Virus record (IMG/VR): IMGVR_UViG_3300036399_001571 | Coordinates: 96,001 to 160,000 of that record | DNA: 64,000 nt | DNA from: a virus | Reading direction: 5' to 3' (one strand) | Part shown: positions 34,693-44,669 of the stretch, one piece after another | How positions within the stretch are numbered: position 1 is the stretch's first letter | How the letters are laid out: each line of letters opens with the position of its first letter | Notes under the pieces: model-generated | What the model saw: the letters and a program-made list of their open reading frames with translations, nothing else | What the model was told of the DNA's origin: nothing | Database searches by the model: none | Position numbers and translations under genes: made by a program

Positions 34693-36126
34693 CTACATGC
34701 AGATATTTATAGTGGAATGTAACGAATTCCACTTTTTGATGTCTTCCACATCGTTTAGTAACGGCTGACCCTTTATATTTAGGCTTGTATTGAGAAGAAC
34801 TGGAATGCCTGAGTATTTCTTCCATTTTTTTAGCAGCTCGTATAAACCAGGATGCTGTTCCTTGTTGACGGTTTGAACCCGTGATGTTCCGTCCTTATGG
34901 ACAACCGATGGGATTAGCTCTGGTTTCTTGCATTTAAATGCGTACTGCATATACGGGCTTGGCTGACTCATTTCAAACCACTCCGATGCATGTTCCTCCA
35001 TAATCACGGGGGCAAACGGGCGAAACAGTTCCCTTTCTTTTACGGTATTAACCAAGTCTTTGCACGAAGGGTCTCTTGGGTCGGCAAGAATGCTCCTGTT
35101 TCCTAGCGCACGTGGGCCATACTCGGCTCTTCCATTTGCGACTGCCGCAATCTTGTTGTTCACAAGCTGACTGAATATTGAATCAACCGGGTATTCTCCG
35201 GGGACTGTTTCCCCAAGATAGGGGCTCTTCCAATCAAGGTGTTTGCCGTATATTGCGGCCGCCGCACCAAGACTGCTTCCGGCATCACCTGGATTTGGCA
35301 TTATCCATACCTGATTGTAGATATCGAATAATTTCGTATTTGCCGAGCAGTTGAGTGCGCACCCACCCATGAATACCAAATTCTCTTTGCCTGTTTTTTT
35401 CTTTGCGAAGACCATGAATTCAATTAGTCTTTTTTCGTAGACGGCCTGAACGGCTGCTGCGATATGAAATTTATTCTGCTCTGTAGGAACTACAGAGAAT
35501 CCCCCAACCCCGTAATGGAATATTTCTGTCTGCTCTTCGATTGTTGGGAATAACTCATTGATTTCAGAGAAGTAAATCTCGGGGTCCCCATATGCGGCCA
35601 TTCCCATCATTATGTACTCTTCTTCATTGGGTTTTAGTCCTATGTATTCAGTAAAGGCCGAGTAGAACAGGCCGAAGCTAAATGGGTAATTTCTGGAGTA
35701 AACCTTTTTAATTGTTTTTCCATTCCCCGACCAGATACTGGTTGTTTCAAATTCCCCAATGGCATCAAGAACGACAATCACGGCATCTTCAAACGGGCTT
35801 GTGTAATACCCGGCACAAGCATGGGAGTAATGGTGTTTAAAGTTGGTAATTTTCGAGTCGGGGAAGTATTTTTTTACAGCAGAATAAGAAGAACCGTAGC
35901 CACCAAACAGATTCATTCGCAATTTCTTTAGCCGTGGCTTTTCGTAGTATCCGATTGCGTCTGGCTTGCCGTACTTAAACGCCTCTTTTACTATCTCGTC
36001 GTTTAAGTGCCAATCATTTTTTATTTTGCTATATCTCTCAGAGTGTGAAGCAAAAAGAATCTCACCATTCTCGATAACGGAAATTGATGCATCGTGAGAG
36101 CAGGCGTTCACGCCAAATATAATCAC
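34693..36126 (-). CDS. Carbamoyltransferase (NodU/CmcH/TobZ family)
   Basis: HDASI; HHYSHA; DAIGE; GGCALNC; GDAG; EYGPRALGNRS; RPFAP; LLNTSLN. Confidence 0.93.
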   Translation of the reverse strand: MIIFGVNACSHDASISVIENGEILFASHSERYSKIKNDWHLNDEIVKEAFKYGKPDAIGYYEKPRLKKLRMNLFGGYGSSYSAVKKYFPDSKITNFKHHYSHACAGYYTSPFEDAVIVVLDAIGEFETTSIWSGNGKTIKKVYSRNYPFSFGLFYSAFTEYIGLKPNEEEYIMMGMAAYGDPEIYFSEINELFPTIEEQTEIFHYGVGGFSVVPTEQNKFHIAAAVQAVYEKRLIEFMVFAKKKTGKENLVFMGGCALNCSANTKLFDIYNQVWIMPNPGDAGSSLGAAAAIYGKHLDWKSPYLGETVPGEYPVDSIFSQLVNNKIAAVANGRAEYGPRALGNRSILADPRDPSCKDLVNTVKERELFRPFAPVIMEEHASEWFEMSQPSPYMQYAFKCKKPELIPSVVHKDGTSRVQTVNKEQHPGLYELLKKWKKYSGIPVLLNTSLNIKGQPLLNDVEDIKKWNSLHSTINICM

Positions 36127-36533
36127 TGGTTATCAGTATTTATTCCGACGACCGAGTACTTTCCGTGGCGCAGTGTCTCTGCGGCATACTCTGGGTTGAG
36201 GGTTTTTCGCCATCCGCCGATTGATTTCATGAGGACTCCAGGTCCACCGGTGGCACTGCACGTTTTAGATGCAATATCTTCGTATTTGGAGATGATATTA
36301 CCGATTTGTATCAGGGTGTGCTTGTCATCCATGTTTGATGGCTTTATGTAGAAGCGAAGGCCGCCAAACTTTTCCTTGACTTGGTAAATCTGGTAGTTCG
36401 GGTCCACTCTGGTCAGTTCTTTGTCGCAATCCAGGACAAGCTGATACCAGCCTTCATCGACGTCTATCGATTTCCAGTATTCAGGAACTATCTTCTTCTT
36501 GAGCTCCTCTATCTGTAGTTGCAGCTCATTCAT
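36123..36533 (-). CDS. Conserved phage hypothetical protein
   Basis: DVDEGW..QVKEKFGGLRFY motif. Confidence 0.8.
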   Translation of the reverse strand: MNELQLQIEELKKKIVPEYWKSIDVDEGWYQLVLDCDKELTRVDPNYQIYQVKEKFGGLRFYIKPSNMDDKHTLIQIGNIISKYEDIASKTCSATGGPGVLMKSIGGWRKTLNPEYAAETLRHGKYSVVGINTDNQ

Positions 36534-36560
36534 TTCTTCTCCTTTTTTGATTTATCCTAG

Positions 36561-36633
<73 letters not shown>

Positions 36634-36638
36634 TTTTC

Positions 36639-36860
36639 TTATCTGATTGCCTGCCACCAAGCATCTTCTTCGTCAGCGGAATAATTATTTTTTATTCTCT
36701 CGCGGACCCTGTCATACAACCCATCCTTGATGTCCTCGTAGACTTCTGTTGCAATCTGCACATCACCAAGGTCCATGGCGAGCATCTCTGCTGTTTGTTG
36801 CCAGTCAGTAGCAATCTTTTTCCAGTTCTTTATCTCTGCAACCATGTCTTGCATATACAC
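36639..36860 (-). CDS. Hypothetical protein
   Basis: 73-aa ORF with GAAAGGG SD, between two tRNA elements. Confidence 0.7.
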   Translation of the reverse strand: MYMQDMVAEIKNWKKIATDWQQTAEMLAMDLGDVQIATEVYEDIKDGLYDRVRERIKNNYSADEEDAWWQAIR

Positions 36861-36867
36861 CCTTTCG

Positions 36868-36942
36868 TGCCCCTGGTTGGAATTGAACCAACGTGGACCA
36901 TTACGGTTTCTACACCTTATAAGAGTGAGCCGATACAGGGGC
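36868..36942 (-). ncRNA. Atypical tRNA-like RNA: no D-arm, TAT anticodon-like loop, extra arm
   Basis: Acceptor GCCCCTG/CAGGGGC+A; T-arm GTTGG-TTCAATT-CCAAC; loop CTTATAA. Confidence 0.65.
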
Positions 36943-37177
36943 GAGCATTACTCTGCCAACCTTTGTATTCGACCAGTTAGAAACATTAGTAACGAAAGCC
37001 CACCCCTACCATCTGTTTATGCAATTTTAATTTCATTTTGCATCTTCTTCCGGTGTTTGCTTGTCTTCGGTTTCTTCTAAATCTTCGTATGTTTCGTAAA
37101 CTTCAATAAGCGCATCGGTTCCATTTGTCATCCCAGGTTTTTCGAGGCTAATAAACCTGCGTACAAATTTACGCTTC

Positions 37178-37450
37178 TCATCCACGTCGTCGTGCTCTGT
37201 GGTTCGTTACGGCGGAGGCGTATTTTTCTGCATAACTTTGGTCTGTATATTCCATTCTTACAACATCATAAAGCTCATCTGCTAGGTCGCGCTCTTTTTG
37301 GTAATCGTTTCTCCAGTTGTCCCTGTCTAGGCGAAGCAAGACATTGTGGTCGCGCAGCGCTTTTATTTCATTTATAACTGTCTGCGCAAATGGACTTGGG
37401 CTCTTTCTGAGCTCTTCAATGATGTCTATTTGGTCTTCTTCTGCTGACAC
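37178..37450 (-). CDS. Hypothetical coiled-coil protein
   Basis: 90-aa ORF. Confidence 0.7.
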   Translation of the reverse strand: MSAEEDQIDIIEELRKSPSPFAQTVINEIKALRDHNVLLRLDRDNWRNDYQKERDLADELYDVVRMEYTDQSYAEKYASAVTNHRARRRG

Positions 37451-37454
37451 TTTT

Positions 37455-37913
37455 CTATCCTTGTTCGTCGTATCTCTGGTTAATCATCATGTCTTGGACA
37501 TCTTCAGGCATAAGAAGAAAACCTTTTGCCGGATTGTCCGCGCCACCAAGATTTATCTTATTAGAGCTGTTGAACCTTTCCGGGAATGCTCGTAGGTATC
37601 TTTTTAGCCTCGCTACAGAGACAACAATAAATGCTCCCTCAGGTGAAAAGATATAAACCCACCATTTAGCGGTAGTTATGTTTATGCCGCTTTTGTTCCA
37701 GACCTGAACGCCGTTAACGTCCTTGTATCCGCGTGGGTTTTGGTCTGTTTCAACAACCATCCTCCCATTGCGATACCTGTCGCTCTTCACTTCAAACGAA
37801 CCGTCTGAAAGGTCGTCGAGGAATATTGACACAAGGGATTCACCTTGTTGCCCGTAGGCCAGGTCTTTTTTAAAATCAAATTTTCGTGCTGGAATATCAA
37901 ACTCTGCGGCCAT
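37455..37913 (-). CDS. PD-(D/E)xK nuclease-like phage protein
   Basis: FKKDLAYG..FEVKSDR..VVE..SGINITTAKWW. Confidence 0.55.
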   Translation of the reverse strand: MAAEFDIPARKFDFKKDLAYGQQGESLVSIFLDDLSDGSFEVKSDRYRNGRMVVETDQNPRGYKDVNGVQVWNKSGINITTAKWWVYIFSPEGAFIVVSVARLKRYLRAFPERFNSSNKINLGGADNPAKGFLLMPEDVQDMMINQRYDEQG

Positions 37914-37950
37914 TAACCAATCATGCCAGCATTAAAACTTAATTGCAACC

Positions 37951-38664
37951 CTAGTTTTTGTATACTCGCCAGTTTCCTAGCTTGCCCTGAGAGTTGTCCA
38001 TAATCCATTTTGCAAATTTTACGTTGCAGTTAACGTCTTTGAGACCGCTCATTCGATTTTCTACGGCATCTTCTCCGCAGACATCAGCAACTCGCGACCT
38101 CCAGGAAGAATTAATCTGAAGTAAGCCAGTGTCGTATGACTTATCCTTGTTCAGAGCGTAGGTCATGTTGCCATTGGCATCCCATCTAGCGTTTTGAGCA
38201 GCTGGATTGCATCCACTTTCACGCCATGCAATATACGAAAACACCTCAACCGGCTCAAGCCCCACCTGTTTGAATAGCGGCTCCCACATCGGACAGCGCT
38301 TTGACTGGTCCGCTGGGATGTTGTATACGGCGCTCATTGGCGGAGTTGGAACGTTGCTTACGGGAAGATTGAGTGATTGGAGCTTCTCTATATGCTCTCG
38401 GCGAGTTATCGGACCGTAAGTTCCATCTATTCGCACTGTGCCTATCGCCTGTTGTAGGCTTTTGACTCTTTCACTCTTCTCTCCGAATGAGTAATTGTCC
38501 AATAAAACATGCCTATTTTTGGCCTCTTCCATTCTGTCTGGAGAAACAACAGAGACAGCTGGTTGAGGCGCCAGCATGGCTACCTCCGCCTTTGTCCCAC
38601 CCGGGATTGAAATCCCTAGGGCTCCAAAAAGTATAGAAATAGACCATCCTGTGATTTGCTTCAA
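37951..38664 (-). CDS. Lytic transglycosylase (SLT-like) with a peptidoglycan-binding domain
   Basis: Signal-like N-terminus; VKSLQQAIG..IDGTYGP; AWRESGCNP; DTGLLQINS. Confidence 0.85.
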   Translation of the reverse strand: MKQITGWSISILFGALGISIPGGTKAEVAMLAPQPAVSVVSPDRMEEAKNRHVLLDNYSFGEKSERVKSLQQAIGTVRIDGTYGPITRREHIEKLQSLNLPVSNVPTPPMSAVYNIPADQSKRCPMWEPLFKQVGLEPVEVFSYIAWRESGCNPAAQNARWDANGNMTYALNKDKSYDTGLLQINSSWRSRVADVCGEDAVENRMSGLKDVNCNVKFAKWIMDNSQGKLGNWRVYKN

Positions 38665-38802
38665 TGTTGTTCTCCTGAACTCGGCGGATAGGGCAACAAG
38701 CTTTAGTAAATAGCTTGCCTATGTCAGTATCGGGTACTTCAATATTACCAAATTATTGCGCAATAGCAACTTCAACGATAGCTTAACTCTTGACGAGTGG
38801 CC

Positions 38803-39072
38803 CTAATCCCCAATAACCGTACGGTCTTGAAGGCTTGTCATAAATTTCTCAAAATCTTTCAGATTTACTGAGGTTTTGAATGAATTTTCGGACTCAACAT
38901 CATGAATATCGAGATTCATTGATTGAACAAGAACGCTGGCAATGTCGCCGCAGTTATTTGATGCATCATCAATTTCTTCTTCGCTCATATCTTCATCTAT
39001 ATAAAAGTACAAAAGCACCCCTGCAATATGCTCAACGAGATTTAGGCGGGCTTCATCATTTGTTGCTGTCAT
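38803..39072 (-). CDS. Hypothetical acidic protein
   Basis: Start revised to avoid overlap with ssb. Confidence 0.6.
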   Translation of the reverse strand: MTATNDEARLNLVEHIAGVLLYFYIDEDMSEEEIDDASNNCGDIASVLVQSMNLDIHDVESENSFKTSVNLKDFEKFMTSLQDRTVIGD

Positions 39073-39155
39073 GTGTTGCATCCTATCACCCGTGGTGATA
39101 AAGTTGCACTCGCCGAAGTCATCCGACCTCGGCATACGTAAACCAAGGAGAAGAA

Positions 39156-39632
39156 ATGAACCCGGCACCAACGGTGATTATCGGTAACGTTACGGCGGAA
39201 CCAGAACTCACCTTCACATCAAACGGACAGGCACGCCTGTCATTTTCAGTAGCCGCAAACTATGTTTGGTACGACCAGGCAGGCGAAAAGCAGGAAAAGG
39301 TTTCCTTTTTCAACATCGTCGCATGGCGCTACACAGCCGAGAATGCTGCAAAGACACTGGAAAAGGGAATTGGTGTAATCGTAACAGGACGCCTTGAACA
39401 GCGTTCATGGGACGACAAAGAGACAGGTCAAAAGCGTTCAACAGTCGAAGTTATTGCAGACGAAATTGCAATTAACACTCGCAGTGTTGAAACTGTTGTC
39501 CGTCGCACCAAGCAGGACGGTGGTCAAGCGCAGGGCGGTTCATCCGCTCCGGCACAGCGCCGCTCAAAGCCAGCAGCATCAAACCGCCAGCCAGTAGGCG
39601 TCGGCGTAGATGGTGAATCAGAACCATTCTGA
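39156..39632 (+). CDS. ssb: Single-stranded DNA-binding protein
   Basis: IIGNVTAEPELTFT; GRLEQRSWDDKETGQKRS; acidic ..EPF tail. Confidence 0.95.
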   Translation: MNPAPTVIIGNVTAEPELTFTSNGQARLSFSVAANYVWYDQAGEKQEKVSFFNIVAWRYTAENAAKTLEKGIGVIVTGRLEQRSWDDKETGQKRSTVEVIADEIAINTRSVETVVRRTKQDGGQAQGGSSAPAQRRSKPAASNRQPVGVGVDGESEPF

Positions 39633-39651
39633 TTCCTGCTATTTAAATAAA

Positions 39652-39700
39652 CAAAACCCTCGTTAATTTCGTGCAGAGACGCGAAGACGAGGGTTTTTTT
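39652..39700. terminator. Bidirectional terminator-like hairpin
   Basis: AAAACCCTCGT / ACGAGGGTTTTTTT between convergent genes. Confidence 0.65.
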
Positions 39701-39884
39701 ATGCTCTTTTTAAGCCATGCAATATTTTCGTAAGTTCATCGCCGTCAAACGGAATGGCATAAGCATCGACATAGTTCTTAGCATCCAAAAGCATGTCTAT
39801 GACCTCCGCCACTGGGACTGAAGACCTAGGGTCTTTGACTAATTGCTTTGAAAGCCGCTGTAAGTGAGTATCTATGGAATCCAT
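39699..39884 (-). CDS. Hypothetical protein
   Basis: 61-aa ORF. Confidence 0.6.
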   Translation of the reverse strand: MDSIDTHLQRLSKQLVKDPRSSVPVAEVIDMLLDAKNYVDAYAIPFDGDELTKILHGLKRA

Positions 39885-39994
39885 GGGTTAAGTATAAACA
39901 TAAAAAATATCTGCTTTGGGGTTGCCAATGTATTTTTTAGTTATTAATATCTAAGTCAACCTACAAATAGACGGACATAAAGGAGTTATTACTA

Positions 39995-40204
39995 ATGTCT
40001 GAATACAATAAACTAAAGAACAGCGGACTTGGTCGCGGTCGACCGAAACTCAAAGAGGAAGAGCGTGTTCTGCGCAAGCAGATGAATTCTGTTCGCCAGG
40101 AAGCCCGCAGGCGTGCTCATCTCGTTCTTCAGCATCGCCATCAAGTTGAGTATGACGAGATTTTCCAAGAAGAACTTAAATCCCTTTTCAAAAAGGGACG
40201 CTAG
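39995..40204 (+). CDS. Small DNA-binding protein with an AT-hook-like motif
   Basis: GRGRPK motif; AAGGAG SD. Confidence 0.65.
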   Translation: MSEYNKLKNSGLGRGRPKLKEEERVLRKQMNSVRQEARRRAHLVLQHRHQVEYDEIFQEELKSLFKKGR

Positions 40205-40303
40205 TCAGATTCTTGTTCCCTGGTGGCTTCATATGCCTCCAGGGACTTTGCATCATGAACTAATTCTCCAGTTTTAAATCTAAGAACAAGGGGCGGAGGT
40301 TCT

Positions 40304-40504
40304 TCAGGGGTAGTCAATGTTCCCACTTTTCATTGAGCCTCTACCCTTTTTTGAGGGCTTCATGACTTTTGACTTTGATTTTCCATACTGAGATTCTAGC
40401 CATTCGTCGAAGTCTTCTACTTCTCCGGGCTTAGAAATAACGTATTTTTCGTATTGCTTTATTAAGCCAATAAGCTCATCGTCTTCTTCATCAAATCGTG
40501 GCAT
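40304..40504 (-). CDS. Hypothetical protein
   Basis: Start revised to MPRFDE just after the upstream stop. Confidence 0.55.
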   Translation of the reverse strand: MPRFDEEDDELIGLIKQYEKYVISKPGEVEDFDEWLESQYGKSKSKVMKPSKKGRGSMKSGNIDYP

Positions 40505-40506
40505 TT

Positions 40507-41016
40507 CTATCTGGACCTTCGCGCTCTTCTTCCAGCTTTTGCCGCTCTCATCGTATTTGGAACGAATTGTTTTCCTTTTTTGCTTCCGGCAATCTTTTTC
40601 CTGTTTGTTGCATTTTTTTGTGCTGGTGTTAGTTTTTCCCATGCCGCTGCAGGAAGATATCTACGCATTCCGTCTGGTCGGTTTGCTGGCTTACCATCGC
40701 TGGTAGTCCATTTTTCTTTCGTCCACTTCTTTAGAGACCTCTGAGTCTTGCTTAATCCGCCGCGATAACCGCCACCAGCTTTTCTGTACTGCACAGCAAG
40801 CAATTGAGCTTTTCTGGCAGACCACTGGCCAGGTTTGCCGCCATCAGAGCCGGCAAGAATGCGAGATTTAATTCTTTCTCGTAGCTCCGGTTTTGTGTAT
40901 GAGTTTTTTGCTGATTTTTCCATTAACTCGGAATCAACACCAGCTAAAAATTCGCCAACAGCCTGCTCAACCCACTCCGGGCCGTAATCTTCTGATTTAT
41001 CTTGTCTGCTGGCCAT
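40507..41016 (-). CDS. DUF5872-like phage protein
   Basis: YTKPELRERIK..GGKPGQWSARKAQ..YRKAGGGY; WTKEKW; RYLP. Confidence 0.75.
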   Translation of the reverse strand: MASRQDKSEDYGPEWVEQAVGEFLAGVDSELMEKSAKNSYTKPELRERIKSRILAGSDGGKPGQWSARKAQLLAVQYRKAGGGYRGGLSKTQRSLKKWTKEKWTTSDGKPANRPDGMRRYLPAAAWEKLTPAQKNATNRKKIAGSKKGKQFVPNTMRAAKAGRRARRSR

Positions 41017-41070
41017 TTGTTTCTCCGCTTAAAATAATACGCGATATAGAAGCGGATTCGTGTTAAGTGT

Positions 41071-41370
41071 TTATTGCAGTCTTTGACCGCATTTTAAGCA
41101 GGTAACAGACCATGGGTAGCGCCTGACCGAAGGGTGCTCACATTCAAGTAGCGTCTTTGCCTTCGCATTTAGCACGTCTCGTATCCACGCCGACATGGTT
41201 TTACCATCGACGGCCGCAGCCTGCCTCCAGCGCTCCCTGACCTCGTCCGTGGTTCTGATTAGGACCGATGTGTTGGTTGGTCCTTCGTCTTCTTTTTCTA
41301 GTGGTCTTACCGACAAATCTGTCGAATCAGCGACGGCCTTCATTGCAGCTTCAAGGTTGCTGTCACTCAT
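41071..41370 (-). CDS. Ribbon-helix-helix protein with a C-terminal Zn ribbon
   Basis: VLIRTTDEVRERWRQAA..MSAWIRDVL; CEH..CLKCG. Confidence 0.65.
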   Translation of the reverse strand: MSDSNLEAAMKAVADSTDLSVRPLEKEDEGPTNTSVLIRTTDEVRERWRQAAAVDGKTMSAWIRDVLNAKAKTLLECEHPSVRRYPWSVTCLKCGQRLQ

Positions 41371-42004
41371 CTGTTTCCTCTTCGTTTGGTTCTTCTTCTA
41401 CGGATACTATCTCAGCATCAACGATGTCTGCTTCACCCAACATTTGTCTCACAGCGCTTTCTGGGAGAACTCCAGACATCCCCATTAGTTGAAGAAGTTG
41501 CCTTGCTTCTGATTCTGGGTCAAATGTATTTCCAATTTGCTTGAGCTGTTCAGAGCCAGCAAGTGTTGCCTTTATCGTTTCGCTCGTCTTATTCCCAACA
41601 TCCATCTGAACGCTGATGTTGGTTTGGTCCATGCCTAGAAGTTTTGTGCGCCTATCCATGATGGAAAGAACCTGCTGTATCGCCTTCAAGTCCGGCTCAA
41701 CGGCAACTTCTGTTCCATCATCCATCACCTGTCTTCTGTGTTGGGTTAATGGCCAAATTGCCTGCTGAAGACTGTCCAGTCTTTCAAGTTCAAGCCGAAG
41801 AACTTCCGGGTAAGCCATCAAGGTCTCGCGGTTCATTTTCTCTAACTGACGAGAAATTGCTTTAGACACAGCGCTCGTTGTCATTCCAAAACGTCTTGCT
41901 ATTTCGGATGTCGAAGTGCCAGCTTGGCGAAGCTTAAATATTCGCATGTCTCTTTCACCAAGAAACTCACGCGTAGCAATTTTATTGCTTTTGTCTTCGC
42001 TCAT
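41363..42004 (-). CDS. HTH protein, terminase small subunit-like
   Basis: IFKLRQAGTSTSEIARRFG; LELERLDSL; DRRTKLLGMD. Confidence 0.5.
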   Translation of the reverse strand: MSEDKSNKIATREFLGERDMRIFKLRQAGTSTSEIARRFGMTTSAVSKAISRQLEKMNRETLMAYPEVLRLELERLDSLQQAIWPLTQHRRQVMDDGTEVAVEPDLKAIQQVLSIMDRRTKLLGMDQTNISVQMDVGNKTSETIKATLAGSEQLKQIGNTFDPESEARQLLQLMGMSGVLPESAVRQMLGEADIVDAEIVSVEEEPNEEETDE

Positions 42005-42021
42005 TACCCTATCTTAGTGAC

Positions 42022-43848
42022 TTATTTGTCAACTTTCATGAACTCAATCACTTCGAACGGGAATACCTTGCCTCGTTTGATTTTCAAAGGCCACTGACGT
42101 TGGTCGCGAGCTCCTCTGAAGTGCCGAACGTCGTAAACGTATGGCTCGTTGGCTGTCGGGTCCGGTTGAAGAGAAATACCAAACTCCGGCCAGCGCGACC
42201 AAACAGCAGAACCAAAAGGACGCAATTCTCTTGTATTAAGAGTTGTTCCAAGTGGTGCGTGGTGCTCGAGCCAAAGAGCGCATCCATAAACTGTTCTAAT
42301 TGTGTCTAGGTACTTGGCAACCTCAACAGCAATGGCCTCTGAGGTTCGTCCGCCTGGGTCGACGAATGCCTTATACAAAGGACCCATCACCAAAATGTCT
42401 GGCTTGACTCGCTCAATCGCTTCTTCAAGAATCAATCTGTCTTCTGGCTTCAATAGGTCCATTCCAGACGGTTTGGTTAAAACCTCTCCATAAACCCTGG
42501 CGACATGTCCGCGACGCATTGCTTGCGTAAGGATTGCAGAAGATGCTCTTCGAATAATTCGCTCAGGGTTTTCAAGGTCAACGGTCAAAGTTACGACGGG
42601 CTTCATCTGCCCGTACGTGAAAGGGTGAATACCAGCAGCAGCACAAAGCGCAACTTGCCGCGCGAGCATAGTCTTGCCAACGCCTTCGGCAGCAACAACG
42701 ATTACTCTTTCGCCACGTTCAAGAAGACCAGGAATAACCCAGTCGTAAGATTCATCAACCTGCTCCGCAATAAAGTCGTTCCATTGAACCAGTCTGCCTG
42801 GGTCCGTGATTTGCTTCGATGTAGTTGCAGAAAGAATCATCGACATTTTTGAAACCATTTGACCAGGACTTAAGTCCTCCCTACCAAATAGTTCTTGAAT
42901 CTTTACGAGCGCCGAATCAAAAACAGATTCTTTCTTTTCTTCGATTGGCTCGCTATCTTCTTGAAATTCATTTTCGACATTTTCAACATGCTCTGATTCA
43001 TTTTCTTCAGATGGCGAAAATGCGACAAGTGTCTCAAATGTCCCACCTGAAGATAGGTGGTCAGTAATGTCTTTTACATCTGGGCAAACCCATGCCTGCG
43101 CATCGCACCCTGCATCTGTTAAGACTTTCAGCAGTTTTGAAGCATGCTCTCTTCCAGGGGCATCGTTATCTGCGACGATGTCTACAACTGCGCCTTTAAG
43201 CGCTTCTGTGTGGATGTCGAGCCAGTGTCCAGCTCCACCGGGCATTGTTGTTGCAACATACCCCAACGCAATAAGTGTGTCTGCGTCTTTCTCTCCCTCA
43301 ACTACCCAAATTGGCGTTCCAGAATCTTTTGCAGCAAGAACAGCTGGAAGATTGTAGAGAATTTTTGGAACTTCTGAAAGCGAATATGACCATCCGCCAT
43401 TCTCAACCGGTTTTCTCTGTCGAAAAGTCTTAACACCATCCTGATTTGTATATCGAACTTTTTGAAACAGCAATTCACCAGATTCGTCGATGTAGTCATA
43501 AGAGCAAACAAATTTAAGCTCCTCTTTAATGATGGGCTTTGGCGCCTGCGTTGACGTTTGTTGTTTTTCTTTTTTAACAATTGGCTTTTCGTAAATTGTG
43601 CTCGTGCCGTTTTGGGGCATTATGTCGGAAATCGCTAAACCAACCGAAGCACATATCTCTGCGACATCGCACCCATTGCCTCTATGGCAATGAACCAAAA
43701 CGCGACCATCTGTTCCCTCACTTACAGAAAGAGATGGGTTGTTATCGTCATTCCTGCAAGGGCAGCGTGCCATAAAGTTCCCGCCACTTTGCCTGACCCC
43801 ATCAAGTCTGTCAAGGAAGTTCTGGACGATTGGTCCGGGCGTTGTCAC
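42022..43848 (-). CDS. DNA primase-helicase (Zn finger + TOPRIM + AAA_25/RepA)
   Basis: CPC..PSLSV..HCHRGNGC; VVEGEKDAD; ADNDAPG; Walker A AAEGVGKT. Confidence 0.9.
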   Translation of the reverse strand: MTTPGPIVQNFLDRLDGVRQSGGNFMARCPCRNDDNNPSLSVSEGTDGRVLVHCHRGNGCDVAEICASVGLAISDIMPQNGTSTIYEKPIVKKEKQQTSTQAPKPIIKEELKFVCSYDYIDESGELLFQKVRYTNQDGVKTFRQRKPVENGGWSYSLSEVPKILYNLPAVLAAKDSGTPIWVVEGEKDADTLIALGYVATTMPGGAGHWLDIHTEALKGAVVDIVADNDAPGREHASKLLKVLTDAGCDAQAWVCPDVKDITDHLSSGGTFETLVAFSPSEENESEHVENVENEFQEDSEPIEEKKESVFDSALVKIQELFGREDLSPGQMVSKMSMILSATTSKQITDPGRLVQWNDFIAEQVDESYDWVIPGLLERGERVIVVAAEGVGKTMLARQVALCAAAGIHPFTYGQMKPVVTLTVDLENPERIIRRASSAILTQAMRRGHVARVYGEVLTKPSGMDLLKPEDRLILEEAIERVKPDILVMGPLYKAFVDPGGRTSEAIAVEVAKYLDTIRTVYGCALWLEHHAPLGTTLNTRELRPFGSAVWSRWPEFGISLQPDPTANEPYVYDVRHFRGARDQRQWPLKIKRGKVFPFEVIEFMKVDK

Positions 43849-44237
43849 TGTGCTTCCCGCAGGGCTTTCTTTATTGCCGCATCCTTAAGGCGATAGTTGC
43901 CCTTATATGCAAACCCATTGGCGTTTCGCCTTCCGATTCCAGGAAGGAAAATTCTTGCTTCTCGAGATAGGAGAATCCCTTTGTCACTTCTCATCATTGC
44001 GCGTTCAGCTTCTGTTTTCCCTCCCCAAATACCAATTGGTTCATGACGAAGTGAATACTCAAGACAGTGCTCCATTGATGGGCATGAGTTGCAAAGCTCA
44101 ATTGCTTCTTTTGTATCTGCCCTAAATTTAAGCCACTGTTCCCTTGGCAAACCTTTTTCGATTACTGGGAACCACTTGTCAACATCGTGTCCTTTGCAGT
44201 TTCCCTCTGCTGGCGGCGCATCGTAGTTTGGCAACAA
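43845..44237 (-). CDS. whiB: WhiB-family Fe-S transcription factor
   Basis: C..KWFP..CNSCPSMEHCLEYSL..GIWGGKTEAER. Confidence 0.9.
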   Translation of the reverse strand: MLPNYDAPPAEGNCKGHDVDKWFPVIEKGLPREQWLKFRADTKEAIELCNSCPSMEHCLEYSLRHEPIGIWGGKTEAERAMMRSDKGILLSREARIFLPGIGRRNANGFAYKGNYRLKDAAIKKALREAQ

Positions 44238-44246
44238 TTCAACTCC

Positions 44247-44669
44247 TTACGTCGGATTAGGTTTGGTTATCCTAGCGACGTCGGATGAAGAAAGAAATAC
44301 CAGAGCGTGTTTTACTACAAGATTTCCGGAGATGTCTGTTGCGACAATATCTATTGCTTCTAATGGTATTTTAAACTTTGAAGCAATTGCAGCTTTCATT
44401 TTGCTTATATCAATTTCTTCTTCAACAAATTTTACATTGTCATCAATGTCTGTTGGAATGGCTCCGGCGGTAAGAGCTTTCATTTCGCCATCTTTTTCCA
44501 CAGCACGAAGACACCATGCACAAGCTAATTTTGGCGTCGAAGCAGCGCGCGCACGTGTTTCAGTGTGCCCACAAGAAAGCAAGTGTCGGTATTCGACTTT
44601 TCCCCAAGCACCCTCACGGGTAATTTGAACCACATCTTGGCGTGGCGCTTTGCGATGTTCAGTTGTCAC
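44247..44669 (-). CDS. Hypothetical Zn-binding protein
   Basis: LSCGH..CAWC. Confidence 0.7.
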   Translation of the reverse strand: MTTEHRKAPRQDVVQITREGAWGKVEYRHLLSCGHTETRARAASTPKLACAWCLRAVEKDGEMKALTAGAIPTDIDDNVKFVEEEIDISKMKAAIASKFKIPLEAIDIVATDISGNLVVKHALVFLSSSDVARITKPNPT

